From Tubulanus polymorphus (lineage: Eukaryota > Animalia > Nemertea): a stretch of DNA of 64,000 nucleotides. The DNA lies in assembly GCF_964204645.1 (NCBI RefSeq), contig NC_134029.1, positions 22,314,950-22,378,949 of the forward strand. The letters are read 5' to 3'. Positions within the stretch are counted from its first letter, which is position 1. Each line of letters begins with the position of its first letter. The notes under the pieces are model-generated. The model did no database searches, was not told the DNA's origin, and saw only the letters and a list, made by a program, of their open reading frames with translations. The position numbers were made by a program, and so were the translations under genes. This document shows positions 60,281 through 64,000 of this stretch, piece after piece.

Positions 60281-63200
60281 TCTTTGCGATCGATTTTTCT
60301 CGTACAGTTCTTCTAGAAATTGTGCACTCCCTCTGGGTACCACGGTCAATAATAATCTCAGGGCCTCTTTTCTCGAGGGTTAGCTTTTTTCTAAAAAAAT
60401 TAAAAATCTAGCGACGCACCTAATGACTACTTCTATTCGTACAAGAATCTGGTCAAGTATTTCTGGTCTGGCTATAAGTGATCTTGATATAGTCTAATGA
60501 GTATTATATGAAGGATGGGTATAATGATGAGTGTGACTATGTAGAATTACTAACAGATTTATGCAAACCCAACAATTTCATCTCTAATTAATTTATCTTT
60601 AATATTCTTCCTTTCAATCAGGGAGTACCAGTATTTCTAGAAATATAACTGTTACATGCAAGGGGATCGAGCCTCAGTTCCAGACTACTTCTCAGTGCAG
60701 TATCACAGCACCACAGAGCGATGTGTCCTGTACTATCAAAAACTTTGAATTTTTTTCACTAACAGATACAATCTGAGCATCTGTTGGAAATAATCTGTGT
60801 ATATATTTGAGCTTTGTTCATCGGAGACCAGAGGCAGTAACAATAGTTCATAATCTACGTCATGTTGGGTTCGGGTTTTGAAAAAAAGATTGAGAAAAGT
60901 TTTTTTGTGAGTGCCACGTCGAGAACGCAGTGTAGACCGCAATGCTACTGGTGCTGCTGCTGCTGCGTTGGTTTTGTAATCAAACATGGATCCGATGCAC
61001 CCGCCATAAGCTATCGATCAATAAAACGTCGTTGGGTTACTGCATGCAGTCGGCTCTCTCTCAATGAACGGCGACGAGACTGACGACGACGTCACAACGC
61101 GACAGACACGCACACAACAACAACAACAACCATCTATTAAATCACATTTTCATGTTAATTCCATGTTTTAACGGATACACAATCTATCATTGTTACAAAT
61201 ACCATCGATTTTTCTCCGATTCATTGCATAATTTAGGTAGGTCGTCATTGTTACTACGTAGGAGATCTTAGATTTATATATAGAATTGCTTTAAATGGTA
61301 TTACATGATGAAGTGTATCGTCTATAAGTTTCTGATGTACGAATTCTGTATTTATCTATAAGTAAAATATCTATAAATAAGACTCATATCAAATGTTGAG
61401 ATTTCGCTTTATCTGTTTTTGAGTAGAAGGTTTCTGAATAGAAAGTTATTACCAAAACAAAATAAGATTTTTCCATTATTTTCCAAACATTGCACTTAGG
61501 ATATTTATTTCACCTATGCCATGGATACTTAGTGAACTCTTTCAGGGTCTTGTTTGGATGAAATGTGTCCTGATGATTTTTAAAGCCTATCTCAGGAGGC
61601 ATCTGATTAAATATTGATGTTTATTATTTTTAGGAGTGATTTTTGGACTAATGAAGAAATCACTGATGAGATCCTTTCTCTAAATCATCAAGTAAGTTTC
61701 GTATTGTAGTACTATTCTCTGTAGTATGTAAGTGTATATGTTTCCGTGACTATGAGAAAACTCCATCATTTTCCGAGGTGTGAACTATCCACCCTTGGGC
61801 CCAGTATTTCAATTAGCTGATGCTGTCTCGGGGCACCAATTTGACAGCAAATAAAAATCATTTGTGGAAGCTGGTAAATGATTTCCGCATTACGTGTTAT
61901 GGCAATGATGATCTTGATCTTTTGACCTTATCACTATCGTCGGCTAATGTCCATTAACGCAGTTCAATAGCAAGGTTTGTGTAATGACAGTCTTACCGGT
62001 AATGATACCATTACCAAAACATTTTCGAACTCTCATCGAGTCCAGCAGGGATTGTATCATGTTTGTCTTGCCTGTGATTAGGTTTTCTAGGAGTGATGGC
62101 TTTACGTACCCCTAAAAGATTCAGAAGTTTTGCTGTTTTGTCCCCACCAAATTAGGGCCTATGAAATTTCATGATTAATGATACATGCCTTTTTACCTCT
62201 AAAAAATATTTGGCCCCAGACACAACCCATACCGACCAAACAACTTTGTGCCTCTGGTAATTTTTGTCTCCTTATGGCTTAAAAAGTTTTTATTTAGGGT
62301 CAATAGTATTGTACCAAACCGATACAGGTATTCCTGTGCAGCTACTGCGGGTAATAAGAAAGATATTTCTTAGTCCTTTGATGGCTAATAACGTGCACTG
62401 TTACACGTACTGTGTCAGACATGATTTGCAGCACAATATCCGTTGATTTATTGGCGATCATTAACTTTATTAGTTCTGTCTGTCTCCGAAAACACAATAG
62501 GTATCCAGGGTTTTACCTGGCGTAGATATTGCTGTTGTGTCTGATCTATAAAACAGCAGTTGTCTCACAGTGTCTAGGATATTTTCTAGAAGATCGAATA
62601 GTTTCTTCATGAACTCTAAAACGGATTTCTAACTTCGGTTTTTGGGTTCGATTTTTGTTTGAATATGTCATTTGAAGAGAGTTTATCTGTAGGTGAATGT
62701 CACAATTGACAGCCATCCGACAGACAACAATACGACAGTCAAACAATATATGAAACCTCTCTATTAAATACATTTTGGTATAGAATATGAAATAAAAGGT
62801 GATAAGAATTTTCATAATTTTTCGCGACATAGTTATGTATTTTGTATATGAACACGTTGAACAGAAAGTTCTGTATGCCACTTATCCTTAGCCCGATTAG
62901 AAATTTGCTCCTTAATATTCAGTACCCAGTCTTATCTCTTGGAAGAAAGAACTATGTAGTTTCTTTTGCCGGTTTTGATTGGATTCTCTCTTCTTTTTGC
63001 GTTCATTTTGACCGGAATATGCTCTACTTATTGCGGAGTAGCATAATCTGTAAACCTGATTGAAGCGGCCGGTAGAGAATTTGTAATCCAGAATTGCTAT
63101 TTCTAAAACAGAGTGAGTTCAAACGAAACCTGGATAGATATAATGAAGTCATACGTCGAAGCAGCTTTGAATGTGAAAGTCGAATCTACCTTTAAAATCA

Positions 63201-64000
63201 TCGCTGACTGATCCGGACCCGGGGGAAAACAAAAATTGGCTTAGTCATCTGTGTCTCATGAATGTTTGATGATTAGCGGAATGTAACTTTTGAGATCTCT
63301 GCGCAACAAGGCAGAATATCAGTCGATTGCAGAAAAACCAACAATAAAGAGGGTAAGCATCGTCGATTTCGTTCGTCTTTGAAGTAAAAATCAACCGGCA
63401 ACCGTAGAAGAAAGATTAGTGGGATTTGTTGATTTTAACAACGGCGGAAAAATGTTAGCCGGTATTAAACAGGGATGGTGTATTATTATTGATGGGCTAA
63501 AGAAGCATCAAAAGACGTCGAGGATTATCAACCGAGTATCAACTATCAATCATTCATCATCAACTGGACCTGAAATGATGAAGTATTCTTATCTTCGAGT
63601 AAATCATTTTTTCGATTGATCGCATTTCTTTGCGGGTCAGTTCATGTATCGTTGTTGCCAATCATGGAATTAATTCTGCCTCGTCGCGAGGGAAATGCTC
63701 CTTCAGTAACGCGTCTAGAAACTTGCTCATCTTTTATTTAAACTTTTCTAATCGTATTTGGTCTGATTTAGATTAACCAAGTCGGCTAAGAATTTATGTT
63801 ATGAATTTTGATTTCATGTTCATGGTGATACAGAGAAACCGTATGGTTATCTCTTGAATATTGCGTAATAAGTACTGGAACCTATGAATTCAATGAATTG
63901 ACTAATTTGATGTAACAAGCCTAGAATGTCATCCGAAATGAGCACATTTTAGATAATTTTACCTGGATGCAATGCATTATTGATTATGATGAACAGATTT

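Overview
Eukaryotic, AT-rich genomic DNA with short GT-AG introns, probably from a marine invertebrate (inference; the species cannot be read from the sequence). From left to right: (1) a tandem cluster at about 2.1-10.6 kb of four paralogous 5-exon genes, three intact and one a pseudogene. Each encodes signal peptide + hypervariable cationic Arg/Tyr/Cys peptide with a symmetric Cx3C ladder + KR or GKR cleavage site + conserved acidic two-EF-hand pro-domain ending in CDC, and each sits behind a kB-like motif and TATA box. This is the best candidate for an undescribed system: beta-hairpin defence peptides or toxins carried by an EF-hand domain. (2) A soluble guanylate cyclase beta-1-like gene with unusual N-terminal extension exons. 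(3) tRNA-Asn(GTT). (4) FEM1B. (5) BHMT head-to-head with DMGDH, followed by a second DMGDH copy with substituted active-site residues. (6) CIAO2A/FAM96A, divergent from a ~3,770-aa mostly disordered protein. (7) About 11 kb of non-coding DNA with MITE-like elements and microsatellites. Exon coordinates were derived by hand from splice signals and reading-frame continuity. Family assignments come from recalled motifs, not from database searches.
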